This document shows positions 48,069-57,815 of a DNA stretch of 64,000 bases, piece after piece. Source of the stretch: a virus (taxonomy: Duplodnaviria; Caudoviricetes); IMG/VR virus record IMGVR_UViG_2654587994_000003, positions 44,557 to 108,556 of that record. The stretch is one strand, 5' to 3'. The notes beneath the pieces are model-generated. The model made no database searches, was not told the origin of the DNA, and was given only the letters and a program-made list of their open reading frames with translations. Each line of letters opens with the position of its first letter. Position 1 is the stretch's first letter. A program made the position numbers and the translations under genes.

Positions 48069-49823
48069 CTAAAATGGCACGTCATCGTCCATCAACACCC
48101 GCCAATCCTCTTCTTCCGGCGCGTTGTCATTCGCCGGCGACACGCGATTATCATTGGCCGCTCCAACCACGTGACCCACGACATCCCAGTATTTCTGGCG
48201 CGGCTTCACCGTGATCTCCACCGTGTCGGCCAGCTCTGACTGACGCTCAATCCACTCCAGAACCGTCTTGGGAAACGGCATCTTGCCGCCATGCGCGCGC
48301 CAGTAACGGTCGGCCTTTGACTTCGGGAATCCGCTATGTTGCGGGCAAACCCACTCGTTGATCGCCGTCATGCCGACCATGTAGCTGACCTTCACCGACG
48401 GCGGCTTATCGCCCTTCCCTTCGTGGTAGTAGAAGCTACGCGAAGTGACGGTGCGGGGTTCTGGTTCTGCCGTCGACATGATCGGCGTATCAGCAGCCGT
48501 CGCCGTAATCTTAGGGCTGTCATCGATATCGAACTCATAGCCGCAGCAAGAGCACGTGCGCGCTGAGGCATGCACCTTCTCGCCACAGCCGAAGCGACCA
48601 TTCTTGTCCTCGACGTCGAACGGGCAGACCTTCACTGGCGCTTCCCCGTCGCCCTTGTTGGGCGTCTTTGGCTGCACCATGTCGACCGGTCCGTGCTTGT
48701 CGACGAGACCGGCGAAGTCCAGCACAAGGCACGAGGGTTTCGGACCAGCCTTAATCGCGGCAATGCGCCCCTGAGGCGTGTCGAGAGGCATGCCAGGCGC
48801 GTATATCACGCGAGTGCCGCGGCCCATCATCTGCACGTACAGCGAAACTGACAACGTTGGCCGAAGGGCAGCAATCAGGTCGACACCCTTGTGATTAAAT
48901 CCGGTGGTCAGAACCGAGTTGTTTGTCAGCGCGCGGATCTTGTAGGACTTGAAGTCCTCGATAATGCGACGGCGCTCATCCTTCGGTGTTTCGCCGCTAA
49001 TCATCTCGCAGGAGATGCCGCGTGAACGAATCTCGTCACGCACATGCTCGGCGTGCTCGACGCCGGAGCAGAAGCAAAGCCATGACTTGCGGTCGGCGCC
49101 CTTTGCGACGATCTCATCGACGGCGGAACGCGTGACGTCCATCTTGTCCACGGCAGCCTGCAGCGCGGACTGCTTGTAGTCGCCGCCCTGCCTTCCGACG
49201 CCCTTCATGTCGAAGGTCGTGGCAGTGGCCTTGGACGAAAGCGGCGCGAGATAGCCGTCAGCAACGCCGTCGGCGATGCCATAGGTGTAGACGATCTGGT
49301 CGAACAGCCGATCGTCGCCCTCATCCAATCGGCCTGTATCCAGCCGGTAAGGCGTGGCGGTGAGGCCTAGGATTTTCATGTCGGGATTGATGGCACGCAG
49401 GGCCGCGATGAAGCGACCGTACATCGTGTTGCTGTTGGCGGGGATCAGATGGCACTCGTCCACCATCAGCACGTCGATGTGCCCGATGAGCGCAGCTTTG
49501 CTGTGCACGGTCTGAATGCCGGCGAAGATGATCTGGCTGCGCGCGTCACGACGGCCAAGGCCGGCCGAGAAGATCCCCGCCGGAGCAAATGGCCAAATGC
49601 CGAGCAGCTCAAGGTAATTCTGCTCGATTAGCTCAGCGACATGGGTGGCGACAAGGATGCGCATGTCCGGCCAGCCTTCAACCAGCCTCTTGATGAGCGA
49701 AGCCATGAGCAGCGACTTGCCGCAGCCGGTGGCAAGGTCGACGAGCGGATTGCCGGCCGTCGTTGACCAATAGTCGAAAACGGCGTTTTCTGCTTCTTCT
49801 TGGTAGTGGCGCAGTTGGAGCAT
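48069..49823 (-). CDS. SF2 DEAD/DEAH helicase (RadD/UvsW-like) with zinc finger
   Basis: ATGCGKS, DECH, TATP, QMMGRGTR; ends MDDDVPF. Confidence 0.9.
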   Translation of the reverse strand: MLQLRHYQEEAENAVFDYWSTTAGNPLVDLATGCGKSLLMASLIKRLVEGWPDMRILVATHVAELIEQNYLELLGIWPFAPAGIFSAGLGRRDARSQIIFAGIQTVHSKAALIGHIDVLMVDECHLIPANSNTMYGRFIAALRAINPDMKILGLTATPYRLDTGRLDEGDDRLFDQIVYTYGIADGVADGYLAPLSSKATATTFDMKGVGRQGGDYKQSALQAAVDKMDVTRSAVDEIVAKGADRKSWLCFCSGVEHAEHVRDEIRSRGISCEMISGETPKDERRRIIEDFKSYKIRALTNNSVLTTGFNHKGVDLIAALRPTLSVSLYVQMMGRGTRVIYAPGMPLDTPQGRIAAIKAGPKPSCLVLDFAGLVDKHGPVDMVQPKTPNKGDGEAPVKVCPFDVEDKNGRFGCGEKVHASARTCSCCGYEFDIDDSPKITATAADTPIMSTAEPEPRTVTSRSFYYHEGKGDKPPSVKVSYMVGMTAINEWVCPQHSGFPKSKADRYWRAHGGKMPFPKTVLEWIERQSELADTVEITVKPRQKYWDVVGHVVGAANDNRVSPANDNAPEEEDWRVLMDDDVPF

Positions 49824-50374
49824 ACGAAATTCCAGACCTTGAGATAAACGATTGGATTGCAGGGTTATCTGCGCTCGCCGCTATGCTCGCGGCTGCTTTT
49901 GCTTTCTCGTCGGCCCGCCAAGCCAAAAGACAAGCGGACGCGGTTCTCGGAGACGTAGAGCCTGTATTCAGCGCCTATCAGCTACCAGACGATGGGAAAA
50001 ACTATCGCCACAGGGTCGCCATCGAGATAGTCAACCACAATCGGCTACCGCTCTATGTCCAAAGCATCAGGTTGGAGTACCCTGACTGGGTGCTTATTCA
50101 CCGTGGAGCGGAAGAGGTTCGCGATCTTGTTGCCGCACTTTACGACGTAGTCATCGAGAAAAAGCGTGAGCACGTATTTGACGTTCCTTTCCGTCTCGCT
50201 GGGCGCTTCTCGAGTGATATGCCTGCAGTATCCACAAGCGTTTTCAATGTGAGATTTCTCGACCAGAACCAGCAGGGCGGTTTTGTACTAGGCTTCATCG
50301 TCCATTATCGCATGCATGGATCGAAGCGGGTTCGAGTTGCGTTTGCCTCGACAGGATTCGACGTTTTGGACTAA
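49763..50374 (+). CDS. Membrane-anchored moron
   Basis: TM segment followed by ARQAKRQAD; true start probably downstream of 49823. Confidence 0.55.
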   Translation: MTNSRKRRFLLLLGSGAVGAYEIPDLEINDWIAGLSALAAMLAAAFAFSSARQAKRQADAVLGDVEPVFSAYQLPDDGKNYRHRVAIEIVNHNRLPLYVQSIRLEYPDWVLIHRGAEEVRDLVAALYDVVIEKKREHVFDVPFRLAGRFSSDMPAVSTSVFNVRFLDQNQQGGFVLGFIVHYRMHGSKRVRVAFASTGFDVLD

Positions 50375-50907
50375 CCAGCCTCCCGCAGCAGCCCAAGCAC
50401 CCTCGCCCGCTCCTTGATGACGATCTGGCGAACGCGCTCTTTGGTGAGGCCGTGGTCATTGCCGATGGCCTCCAGCGTCTCGCCCATCGCCCTGCGCATC
50501 AGCATCGTGCCATTCCGGCCTTCCAGCAGGGAGACAACGCGCGATAAGTCGGTGCCCTCCTCCTGGTGCGGATCAGCAGAACCCGGCAGCTCTTCGAACG
50601 CGGAGAGACTGCAGACCTCAGCGGACCGCGACTTGGTGGAATTTGTGCGAACGAATTCCTGCGCCGTACCCCGAACACAGAGGACGGCCCATGTCCAAAA
50701 GGTCTCAAGCCGGCATTCCCGATGACGGCGCAACATGACGACCATCGCCGACTGAAAAAGTTCGTCGGCCGCGTCTTCGTTCTTGGTGATCTTTCGCGCC
50801 AGTCTTCGTAAAGCCGGCTCGTAGGCCAGAAGCTTGCGGTCGAACTCGGGACTGCGCAGATTGTTATCATTGGCAGCGACAAGCGGCGTGCGTGCAACAA
50901 GCGGCAT
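50371..50907 (-). CDS. ECF-like RNA polymerase sigma factor
   Basis: LRRLARKI..AADELFQ..WA (region 2); ETLEAIG..LTKERVRQI (region 4). Confidence 0.8.
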   Translation of the reverse strand: MPLVARTPLVAANDNNLRSPEFDRKLLAYEPALRRLARKITKNEDAADELFQSAMVVMLRRHRECRLETFWTWAVLCVRGTAQEFVRTNSTKSRSAEVCSLSAFEELPGSADPHQEEGTDLSRVVSLLEGRNGTMLMRRAMGETLEAIGNDHGLTKERVRQIVIKERARVLGLLREAG

Positions 50908-50927
50908 GGTGGTCTCCTCATAAGGTG

Positions 50928-51857
50928 TTAGGCGTTGGTGGCGCCATCTATCCATGTCGTGCCGTCTCGCAGCACATAAGTGATTGTCTCAGCTTCCTCA
51001 TCGCAATCCGTTTGCGTGCCGGGGACGAGGGCCGGGATCGTCAGATGCGTGGGGCAGCCTTCCTTTTGCTCGTCGAATGAAATCGGCTTTGCCCAGCGTG
51101 CGCAGGACCAATGACCGCCGCCGCCCATTTCCGGCGACGAGTGAATGCAGGATCGACAGGTGACGCGTGGCCATGCACTCTCCTTGCATACAGGCTTGTG
51201 CTTGCAGAAGGTGCATTCGAACCAGTCCGGCGCATCGTTGATGCGCGACGGGGGCTCTGGCGAATTGATGATCCGTTCTAGCCGCGCCAGCAGACGCAGA
51301 CAGAACTCCGGATCGTATTCGATGCGCTCGGCATAAAGCGTGTCATCATCCTTGCAGCTGACGAGGTAGAGGCAGCGCGATAGACCGAACGCGTGCATTC
51401 CAAGCTGGCACTGTCCGTAGTGGAGCGGTTTCGCTTCCTTGCAGCCGTCCTTCACAATCAGTTTCATGCCCTTGGCGTTGCTCGACTTGAATTCGAGCAG
51501 GTGCTCTGTCTTCGGAGCCTCTACGACACCCATTGCCTTGCCGTCGCACTTTCCGCGCACGTGCCCCTGCACCAGCCTGATCTTGTCTTGCTGGCCGTAG
51601 ACATCGACGCCGATGCGCTCAAGGTCTTCAACCAAGCGCGATTCCTCAAGATTGCCGGTTTCGAACAGACGCAGCTGGCGGCCGTGATGCTTTTCCAGTG
51701 GTGAGGCCCATCGGAAGGCATACCAGAGAGCGCGATCGCATGGATTGTTGGCCTCACCAACGGATATGCCGAGGCTATCCCATGACGAGGCTGCGGCTTC
51801 GTAGGCGGCGTAGATGGCACGGACTGTGCTGGATTCTGGCTTGGGTAGTGGGGCCAT
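50928..51857 (-). CDS. PD-(D/E)XK (Cas4-like) exonuclease
   Basis: CDRALWY, GKCDG, LEFKS, QCQ, C..C..C cluster. Confidence 0.82.
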   Translation of the reverse strand: MAPLPKPESSTVRAIYAAYEAAASSWDSLGISVGEANNPCDRALWYAFRWASPLEKHHGRQLRLFETGNLEESRLVEDLERIGVDVYGQQDKIRLVQGHVRGKCDGKAMGVVEAPKTEHLLEFKSSNAKGMKLIVKDGCKEAKPLHYGQCQLGMHAFGLSRCLYLVSCKDDDTLYAERIEYDPEFCLRLLARLERIINSPEPPSRINDAPDWFECTFCKHKPVCKESAWPRVTCRSCIHSSPEMGGGGHWSCARWAKPISFDEQKEGCPTHLTIPALVPGTQTDCDEEAETITYVLRDGTTWIDGATNA

Positions 51858-51897
51858 TATGACCCCACCCCAGAAGAGAACATAAAAACGGCTACCA

Positions 51898-52953
51898 TCA
51901 GCCGACCCTCATCGGCATGCAAACGAGCGTCAGCCCCTCGAAGCCGTCGGACGTGATCAGCCCCGGCGTGCCGCCATCCTGCAAGGCCAGCTTGACCGGA
52001 CCAGACGGCAAAACGTTCAGAACGTCGCGGACGTAGGCAGCGTTGAATCCGATATCCATCGGCTCGCCGCTGTATTCTGCCTCGACTTCGTCATTTGCCG
52101 ACGCCTCGCCAGCCGCGACAGCAAGCGCGATGCTGCCTGGCGCGATGCTGAACTTCACGGCACGGCCGCGCTCAGACGACACGGTCGAAACGCGGTCGGA
52201 AGCCTTCATCAGCGCGTCACGATCAACGGTGATGACACGTTCGTTGCTCGTAGGAATGACGCGCTCGTAGTCAGGAAATGTGCCGTCGATCAGCTTCGAC
52301 GTGATGCGCACGTCGTCCGACACGATGCGGATTTTCTGCTGGCTGACGGCCACCTGCACCTTGCCCTTCGGAAGCAGGCCGACGGTCTTACGTGGCACGA
52401 TGACGCCATCGAAGGTTGGCAACTCAGGGCCGATGTTACGTCCGAGACGATGGCCGTCGGTGGCAACTGCTTCCGACTTGCTGCCGCCCTTGAAGAACAC
52501 GCCGTTCAGATAATAGCGCGTTTCCTCTGTCGAGATCGCGAACGACACCGGTGCAAACAGTGCGGCCAGATCGATCCCGAATTCAGCGTCGAACTTGTCT
52601 TCGCCAAGCGTCGGGAAGTCTTCTGCCGACAGCGTCGAAAGCGAAAAACGCGAGCGGCCGGACTTCACCGAAAGTTTGTCACCCTCCAGAGACATAGTAA
52701 TGTCGCCGGTCGCCTTGCGGGCGATGTCGTTGAGCAGCTTGGCGCTAACGCAGATGTTGCCGGGCTTGGCGACCTCCGCCGGCACGCCTGCAGTGGCGCT
52801 GATGTCGAGGTCGGTTGCAGTGATCGCGAGGCCATCGCCTGCGGCTGCAAGCTGGACACTCGACAGGATGGGGATGGTGGATCTTGCTTCGACGACCTTA
52901 GTCGTGGCGGCAAGCGCGCGCGTCAGGTCTTCCTTGTGAATGACAAGGTGCAT
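51898..52953 (-). CDS. dnaN: DNA polymerase III beta sliding clamp
   Basis: TIPILS, ATDLD, EETRYYLNG, ATDGHRL, LIDGTFPDY, MPMR. Confidence 0.92.
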   Translation of the reverse strand: MHLVIHKEDLTRALAATTKVVEARSTIPILSSVQLAAAGDGLAITATDLDISATAGVPAEVAKPGNICVSAKLLNDIARKATGDITMSLEGDKLSVKSGRSRFSLSTLSAEDFPTLGEDKFDAEFGIDLAALFAPVSFAISTEETRYYLNGVFFKGGSKSEAVATDGHRLGRNIGPELPTFDGVIVPRKTVGLLPKGKVQVAVSQQKIRIVSDDVRITSKLIDGTFPDYERVIPTSNERVITVDRDALMKASDRVSTVSSERGRAVKFSIAPGSIALAVAAGEASANDEVEAEYSGEPMDIGFNAAYVRDVLNVLPSGPVKLALQDGGTPGLITSDGFEGLTLVCMPMRVG

Positions 52954-53010
52954 GGGTGTCTCCTCGGTGATGTGTGGTGTGCCTGCCGTGGTGAGCGGCA
53001 GGCAGGTGAG

Positions 53011-53844
53011 TTAGGCTGCCCAAGGGGCCGGTTGACGCTTCGGCGGTTCGTAGCCGATTGGATAGCCGAAACCATCCTTGCCTTCATCGTACCGGCTCTC
53101 GTCGAACTGCTCGCCCTTCAACCCAGCGATCTTCTTGAACAAACCGATCGCGCTGCCTGGCTGCTCTTCGTTGTCGTTTGCCACCCACGATTCCTTGCCT
53201 TCATCATCGACGGTCAGGGCAGATATTGCCGCATCGAGAGAGAAAGGCGTGCCTTCCGTGCCGAGAACAACCTTCTCGCCATAAGCGCCGCCGATCTGGT
53301 CTTTCAGCTCCTCCCACGTGTCGATCTTCACCTTACGTCCTGCCAACACGATCTTGAGGATATCGCCCTTGCCGATCGTGTAGCCACGGTCCTGGTACTT
53401 GAGGACGCGAGTCGCCGACGCCAACGGATAGCGAGTGCCTGGATGGAATCGCAGGAATCGCTGTGAATTGTGCTTCAGGAAGTCGTCGTGAAATGAGAAT
53501 TCGTCACTGTCGAAATCCAGCGCACCCATGACGGCCGTGAAGTCGAACGCGTCGAAGATGTCCTGCGCCGTCGGGAAGAAATCGAAGTGCATGAACTGGA
53601 TCGGTGTGCCGCCGCTTTCTGCAAACGTCACGGCACGCTTTGTCGTTGAGACGCACCAGAAACCATTTTCGTAAGCGTCTGCGACTGCATATTCGAAGGC
53701 CTCGCGGCTCTTGAAGTAGACATCAACGTCGTTGATATCTCGATTGGTGAACACGCTTGTCACCGCTCCGCCGGCCGCGAATGCGCCGGGGATCGGGTAG
53801 CATTTCTCCGTGATCTTTCTGGCTTCCGCCTTGTAACTGCTCAT
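53011..53844 (-). CDS. Pol-beta-like nucleotidyltransferase (CCA/poly(A) polymerase head-like)
   Basis: AGGAV..DINDVDVYF..FDFT. Confidence 0.65.
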   Translation of the reverse strand: MSSYKAEARKITEKCYPIPGAFAAGGAVTSVFTNRDINDVDVYFKSREAFEYAVADAYENGFWCVSTTKRAVTFAESGGTPIQFMHFDFFPTAQDIFDAFDFTAVMGALDFDSDEFSFHDDFLKHNSQRFLRFHPGTRYPLASATRVLKYQDRGYTIGKGDILKIVLAGRKVKIDTWEELKDQIGGAYGEKVVLGTEGTPFSLDAAISALTVDDEGKESWVANDNEEQPGSAIGLFKKIAGLKGEQFDESRYDEGKDGFGYPIGYEPPKRQPAPWAA

Positions 53845-53904
53845 GCAAATCTCCTCAAACGTGGTGAAATAGCGGGCCGCTGGTGAGGCAGCCCGCGTTG
53901 ACGG

Positions 53905-54483
53905 TTACTTGCTGCCCCAAGGCCGACGCGTCGTGCCGGCGGCCGCAGCGGCAGGCTTGTTGTCATTGCTGGCGGCTGTGCGGCGGTTGTCGTTGGCTGC
54001 GGCTGGCGCAGCATCGACCTTCGGCTCAGGCAGGTTGCCCTCATCGGGGTAATAGTACTTCTTCACCTCGTTGCGGGCCGCGTACTTCGGCGTGCCGTCG
54101 GCGTTCTTCTCCTTGCTATCCTTCCCCATGCCGATGCGCGCCATGAAGGAGATGAAGTGGAGCTCGTCGGAGTCTTCTGGCGCCTCGTTCAAGCCGAGTG
54201 AGCGCAGGAGGCAGGCAAATTGGCGCTGACCGATTTCCTGGGTCTGAGGGTTTGGATGCTGCAGATTGTAGTTGTTGAAGACCTTGCGGCCTTTGAGTTC
54301 CTCTGGAGCAAGGACGTCGATGGTCACGCTCAGATTGATGGCGTGGTCGCGGGTGTCCTTGTTCTTTTCCTTGATCTCGGAGGCGCTGATTTCCAGCTGG
54401 TAGTCGCCGTTCGGCAGGTTGGTGAAATCGCGCTGTTGGGTGTTCTCTTCGGTCGCTTCAACTCTGACGCCAATCTTGGCCAT
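53905..54483 (-). CDS. DUF669-family ssDNA-binding protein
   Basis: LPNGDY..GRKVF..NL..N.VK..PW; follows Sak4. Confidence 0.75.
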   Translation of the reverse strand: MAKIGVRVEATEENTQQRDFTNLPNGDYQLEISASEIKEKNKDTRDHAINLSVTIDVLAPEELKGRKVFNNYNLQHPNPQTQEIGQRQFACLLRSLGLNEAPEDSDELHFISFMARIGMGKDSKEKNADGTPKYAARNEVKKYYYPDEGNLPEPKVDAAPAAANDNRRTAASNDNKPAAAAAGTTRRPWGSK

Positions 54484-54513
54484 GCGTAGTCTCCTTCAGT
54501 GGTGGTGTGGTGG

Positions 54514-54669
54514 TTAGCGGAGGTAGTAGCGGAAAGGTCCGCTACCGAATTGCGTCGATGCCTGGTCACGCCAGACATGAGTGAGCCAAACCCAGATCAG
54601 CTGGCCGGAGCGAGTGCGCGCCTTGACGGGGTGCCACGCGAACCACGATTCGCCGCGGAACATGGTCAC
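54514..54669 (-). CDS. Small Trp-rich protein (below ORF-track cutoff)
   Basis: Manual translation MTMFRGESWFAWHPVK..WVWL. Confidence 0.55.
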   Translation of the reverse strand: MTMFRGESWFAWHPVKARTRSGQLIWVWLTHVWRDQASTQFGSGPFRYYLR

Positions 54670-55439
54670 GCCGCCACTCCCGTGGGCGCCGGGAAGTGCT
54701 TCGCCAACTCCGCATAGCCCTGCCCTTTTCGATAAGGCACGGCGTCCGGCATCGAGTAGCGATTCTTGGCGTTGAAGCCTGCGCCCTCGACCAGATGGAT
54801 CTGGCGTTCCTTGCCGCCCTCAGCGTGAGCCACTTTCGTCTGCCGCGCGACTTCCTTTTCCTTGATGGAGATGCGGTAGTTCATGAAGGCGACGATGTCG
54901 GACTTCTCGCGGACCAGCGCATTGGCGCGCTTGTGCAGCTTCGGCTGATAGCGGCTATAGGGGTCTGTGACAGGGCTGTCGAAGCGGACGATCTCGGGGT
55001 GCGCAAGCATCACTACGCAGATGCCTCGTTGAGCCAGAGCAGCAACCGCTGCCATTAGCTCATTCCACTCTGTGTCTGTTTCGATGTAGCCGCGACCGTA
55101 GCCAGGCTCCTCGATCGATGCCACGCCGATGCGGCGGCAGGTAGCTGCCCAGACCAAAGGCTCCAGGCCGTCGAGGCTGTCGATAATAACCGTCTTACGG
55201 TCGTGCTCCTCGGTGAGCAGTTCGCCGAAAACGTCCAGCAGTTCGTCGAAGCTTTCAATGGTGCCAGGCGTGACGAGTTCAACGTCGGACGGTGTGCGCT
55301 CGCCTTCTGTTGGCAAATAGAGCGCGTCAGGAAATTCTGCGGCAAGGCTGGTCTTGCCTATACCGTCGACGCCGTAGAGCAGAATGACAGGCGGGTCCGC
55401 TCTCTTCGTCGACTTCAGGGACGAAAGTGAAATAGCCAT
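54666..55439 (-). CDS. Sak4-like AAA_24 recombinase
   Basis: LYGVDGIGKT, IIDSLD, GYGRGY, AKNRY. Confidence 0.88.
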   Translation of the reverse strand: MAISLSSLKSTKRADPPVILLYGVDGIGKTSLAAEFPDALYLPTEGERTPSDVELVTPGTIESFDELLDVFGELLTEEHDRKTVIIDSLDGLEPLVWAATCRRIGVASIEEPGYGRGYIETDTEWNELMAAVAALAQRGICVVMLAHPEIVRFDSPVTDPYSRYQPKLHKRANALVREKSDIVAFMNYRISIKEKEVARQTKVAHAEGGKERQIHLVEGAGFNAKNRYSMPDAVPYRKGQGYAELAKHFPAPTGVAA

Positions 55440-55504
55440 AAGGCCTCCTCAATGTGGTGCGGTTAAAATGATGGCGACGATGTAGGCAGCGGCTGTGATA
55501 ACGA

Positions 55505-55732
55505 TCAGCGCGCGAAAAGACGGCACAAGAGCCACCAGAATGCGCTGAGGACGGCGATCGCGACGAGTGCGAACGGAAAGAGCATGATGAGGCCGACGGC
55601 CGCTGCTGCGGTCAGCGCCGCGATGCTGCCGCGCTTCAGGCCACGCGTTACGTATTTGCGCGGCGTCGGTGTGACTGGCACGTGGTCGAGCGGAGGTGCG
55701 GTGATGGATTCGGTGTACCAGGGGGATGTCAT
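55505..55732 (-). CDS. Small membrane protein
   Basis: Two hydrophobic segments, ATGA coupling. Confidence 0.55.
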   Translation of the reverse strand: MTSPWYTESITAPPLDHVPVTPTPRKYVTRGLKRGSIAALTAAAAVGLIMLFPFALVAIAVLSAFWWLLCRLFAR

Positions 55733-55875
55733 GCCAGAGCTCCCAAGAAATAGAGAACGCCAACAGAAGGCAGGACAGCCAGCCATAGTACAAGTAGCGC
55801 AAAAGCAGTTAAGGTTAGCGCAGCCTCAGAGAAGCCAGACCAGAAGGCTGGCCAGTTCGTTGCGGGGCGCGTCAT
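55729..55875 (-). CDS. Small membrane peptide (below cutoff)
   Basis: Manual translation MTRPATNWPAFW..ALLVLWLAVLP..; ATGA coupling on both sides. Confidence 0.5.
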   Translation of the reverse strand: MTRPATNWPAFWSGFSEAALTLTAFALLVLWLAVLPSVGVLYFLGALA

Positions 55876-56183
55876 GCCGCAATCCTCACCTCGTCAGCCA
55901 AAGCCCTCCGACGAGCCGCGCTGTGCATGTAGATCGGCAGGCGGTGTTCGCTCACCTTTGCATTGGCTGCATCGCGTGCCGCCCGCTTGCGATCGCCCCT
56001 CGTTGTTCCATCAGCAAACTTGCGCACCTCTTTTTGGAAGTTGCTGAAGCCATCGCCGCCGGTGAGGACGGACATCAGGTGCATGCGACGGTCGAAATGA
56101 GCGGCGTCGGTGGAAGGCATGCCGAGCTTGGTGTCGTTCTCATGCTCACGCTGCGCAAGCTTATCGAATACGTTCTTAGACAT
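55872..56183 (-). CDS. Hypothetical protein
   Basis: 103 aa, GAGGAG RBS. Confidence 0.65.
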   Translation of the reverse strand: MSKNVFDKLAQREHENDTKLGMPSTDAAHFDRRMHLMSVLTGGDGFSNFQKEVRKFADGTTRGDRKRAARDAANAKVSEHRLPIYMHSAARRRALADEVRIAA

Positions 56184-56243
56184 ATTAGTCTCCTCAATGA
56201 TGTGGTGGAGCGCGGCTGGTTGGTGGCCAGCCGCTAGCGCTGG

Positions 56244-57137
56244 TTAGGCTGCTTGCTCGTATTCGATCCACGCCTCGACGGCGTCTTTGGCGCCCTTCAG
56301 TGTGAGACCCGCAACCGCCCGCAGCTCCTTGATCGCATCGATCTTGAGGCCCAGCGCAGCCATGTTCTGCCACTTGTGGTCATAGACCGGCGCGGCTTCT
56401 TCGTGCGTCGTGGTCAGGGTGAAGACGCCGAACTGCTTGCCTTTGTACTTTGCCGCGAGGCGCTTTGCTTCCTTCTCGGCTGCGACGGTGGACGCGTGTA
56501 CGTGCGGTGTCGACGATGGTTTGGGCTGGCCGTTTTCGATGAGGGCGACGATGGTGGTGGTGGTGGTGGTGGTGATTAGTTCGATGCTATCTATGGGGTC
56601 GGTCGCACCCCAACCCTCTTTCGTCCAGTGCGTGCGAACTGTGCGCTGGTCGACAACCTCTTTCACGACGCCCTCAAACTTGAGGGTCTTGTGGCGAATA
56701 AGGTCACCAACCTTGAACTTCGGCTGCGCGTTGTCGTTGCTTGGCTTGGCCACGGGATCGCCGATCCATTCGGCGATGATGTCGTTCTGCTCATGACCTC
56801 CGACGCCATTCCAGTAGTATCCATCGCGCCGCCACTGCTTGCCGTCAGCCGCGTAGATGTTGCCCCCTGCGTAAGTCACCGGCCCAACCTTCCGGCCATC
56901 GCGCGTTTTGTAGAACTTACCTTCCTCGATCTTGAGGGTGGAGGCAGAAGGTTCGAGGTTCGAGGCCTTAGCCCACCACCGTCCGGATTCAGAGAAATCC
57001 ACATAGTACGTGTGGTCAACGGCGTCGTACTGGATGACCGTGCCGAGCTCTCCGGTCTTTCCGTATCGACCGTGCCCGTTGTAATCTCCAGAATTGATCA
57101 GTCTAACTTCGTCACCCTTCTTAAACTTCCCCATCAC
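56244..57137 (-). CDS. Mosaic multi-domain protein with C-terminal bL12-like domain
   Basis: KF..GD.V SH3-like modules; KIDAIKELRAVAGLTLKGAKDAVE. Confidence 0.7.
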   Translation of the reverse strand: MMGKFKKGDEVRLINSGDYNGHGRYGKTGELGTVIQYDAVDHTYYVDFSESGRWWAKASNLEPSASTLKIEEGKFYKTRDGRKVGPVTYAGGNIYAADGKQWRRDGYYWNGVGGHEQNDIIAEWIGDPVAKPSNDNAQPKFKVGDLIRHKTLKFEGVVKEVVDQRTVRTHWTKEGWGATDPIDSIELITTTTTTTIVALIENGQPKPSSTPHVHASTVAAEKEAKRLAAKYKGKQFGVFTLTTTHEEAAPVYDHKWQNMAALGLKIDAIKELRAVAGLTLKGAKDAVEAWIEYEQAA

Positions 57138-57415
57138 GCTGCTCCTTCCGTTGTTGTCTCGGCGGTCATCGCGCGCCGTTGTGTGAAGTCGACCTTGACG
57201 ACGTTGGTGTCGTCATCCTCTTTTGCTGGCGGCTCGCCCTCCGGATCGTGTTCGATCTCGAAGCCGTGCCACCAGATCGTCGATGCGCCGTCAGCAAGTC
57301 GCACCTGGTACTCGCTGCCCCAGTTGCGATCGCCGATGACGACGCCAGTGAGATGAGGGTTTTGTCTGTTGCGGACCGGATCGCCGAAATTGAAAAATTC
57401 GCAATCGCAGCTCAT
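57134..57415 (-). CDS. Hypothetical SH3-like protein
   Basis: FNFGDPV..TGVVIG..YQVRL. Confidence 0.6.
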   Translation of the reverse strand: MSCDCEFFNFGDPVRNRQNPHLTGVVIGDRNWGSEYQVRLADGASTIWWHGFEIEHDPEGEPPAKEDDDTNVVKVDFTQRRAMTAETTTEGAA

Positions 57416-57762
57416 GCCGCCACCCGCTCACTACGCAGTGCGTAGTCGTTGACCGCCTGCCCCGCCGCCAGATCTTCAGCATTGTCATTTGCCGCGGCAA
57501 GAACGCGCGGGAGCGAAACCGGCATAAGGCCGGAAAGCGTGGAGCAACCGCCGTTGTGCGGCGCCAGGTGCGTCGTGCGGTCGGGATTGTTGTCGTTGGC
57601 GGCAATGATGGCGCGCTGCTTGTGCAGGCCGTATGTGCGCCGAAGCCGCTGGTATGCTGCCATTGGCTTGACGTTGTATCTGGCGGCGATATCTGCGACG
57701 CTCTCACCGTTTTCACGGCGCGCGTGCATATCCGCCAGCATTGTGCTGGTGATAAGCGTCAT
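57412..57762 (-). CDS. Small HTH protein (cro-like position)
   Basis: GESVADIAARYNV..AYQRL; first gene after promoter copy 3. Confidence 0.7.
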   Translation of the reverse strand: MTLITSTMLADMHARRENGESVADIAARYNVKPMAAYQRLRRTYGLHKQRAIIAANDNNPDRTTHLAPHNGGCSTLSGLMPVSLPRVLAAANDNAEDLAAGQAVNDYALRSERVAA

Positions 57763-57815
57763 GTCGTCTCCTCTGGGTGGTGGCCGCTTGTGGTTGACAA
57801 AGCGACAGGGTTATG

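Noticed and set aside
50928-51857. Cas4-like nuclease as part of CRISPR-Cas
   Set aside because: No cas1/cas2 or repeat-spacer array; it sits in a Sak4/SSB recombination module
56553-56574. (GGT)n run as another ACCA leader or phase-variation tract
   Set aside because: In-frame Thr linker inside a CDS; triplet changes keep the frame and no SD follows
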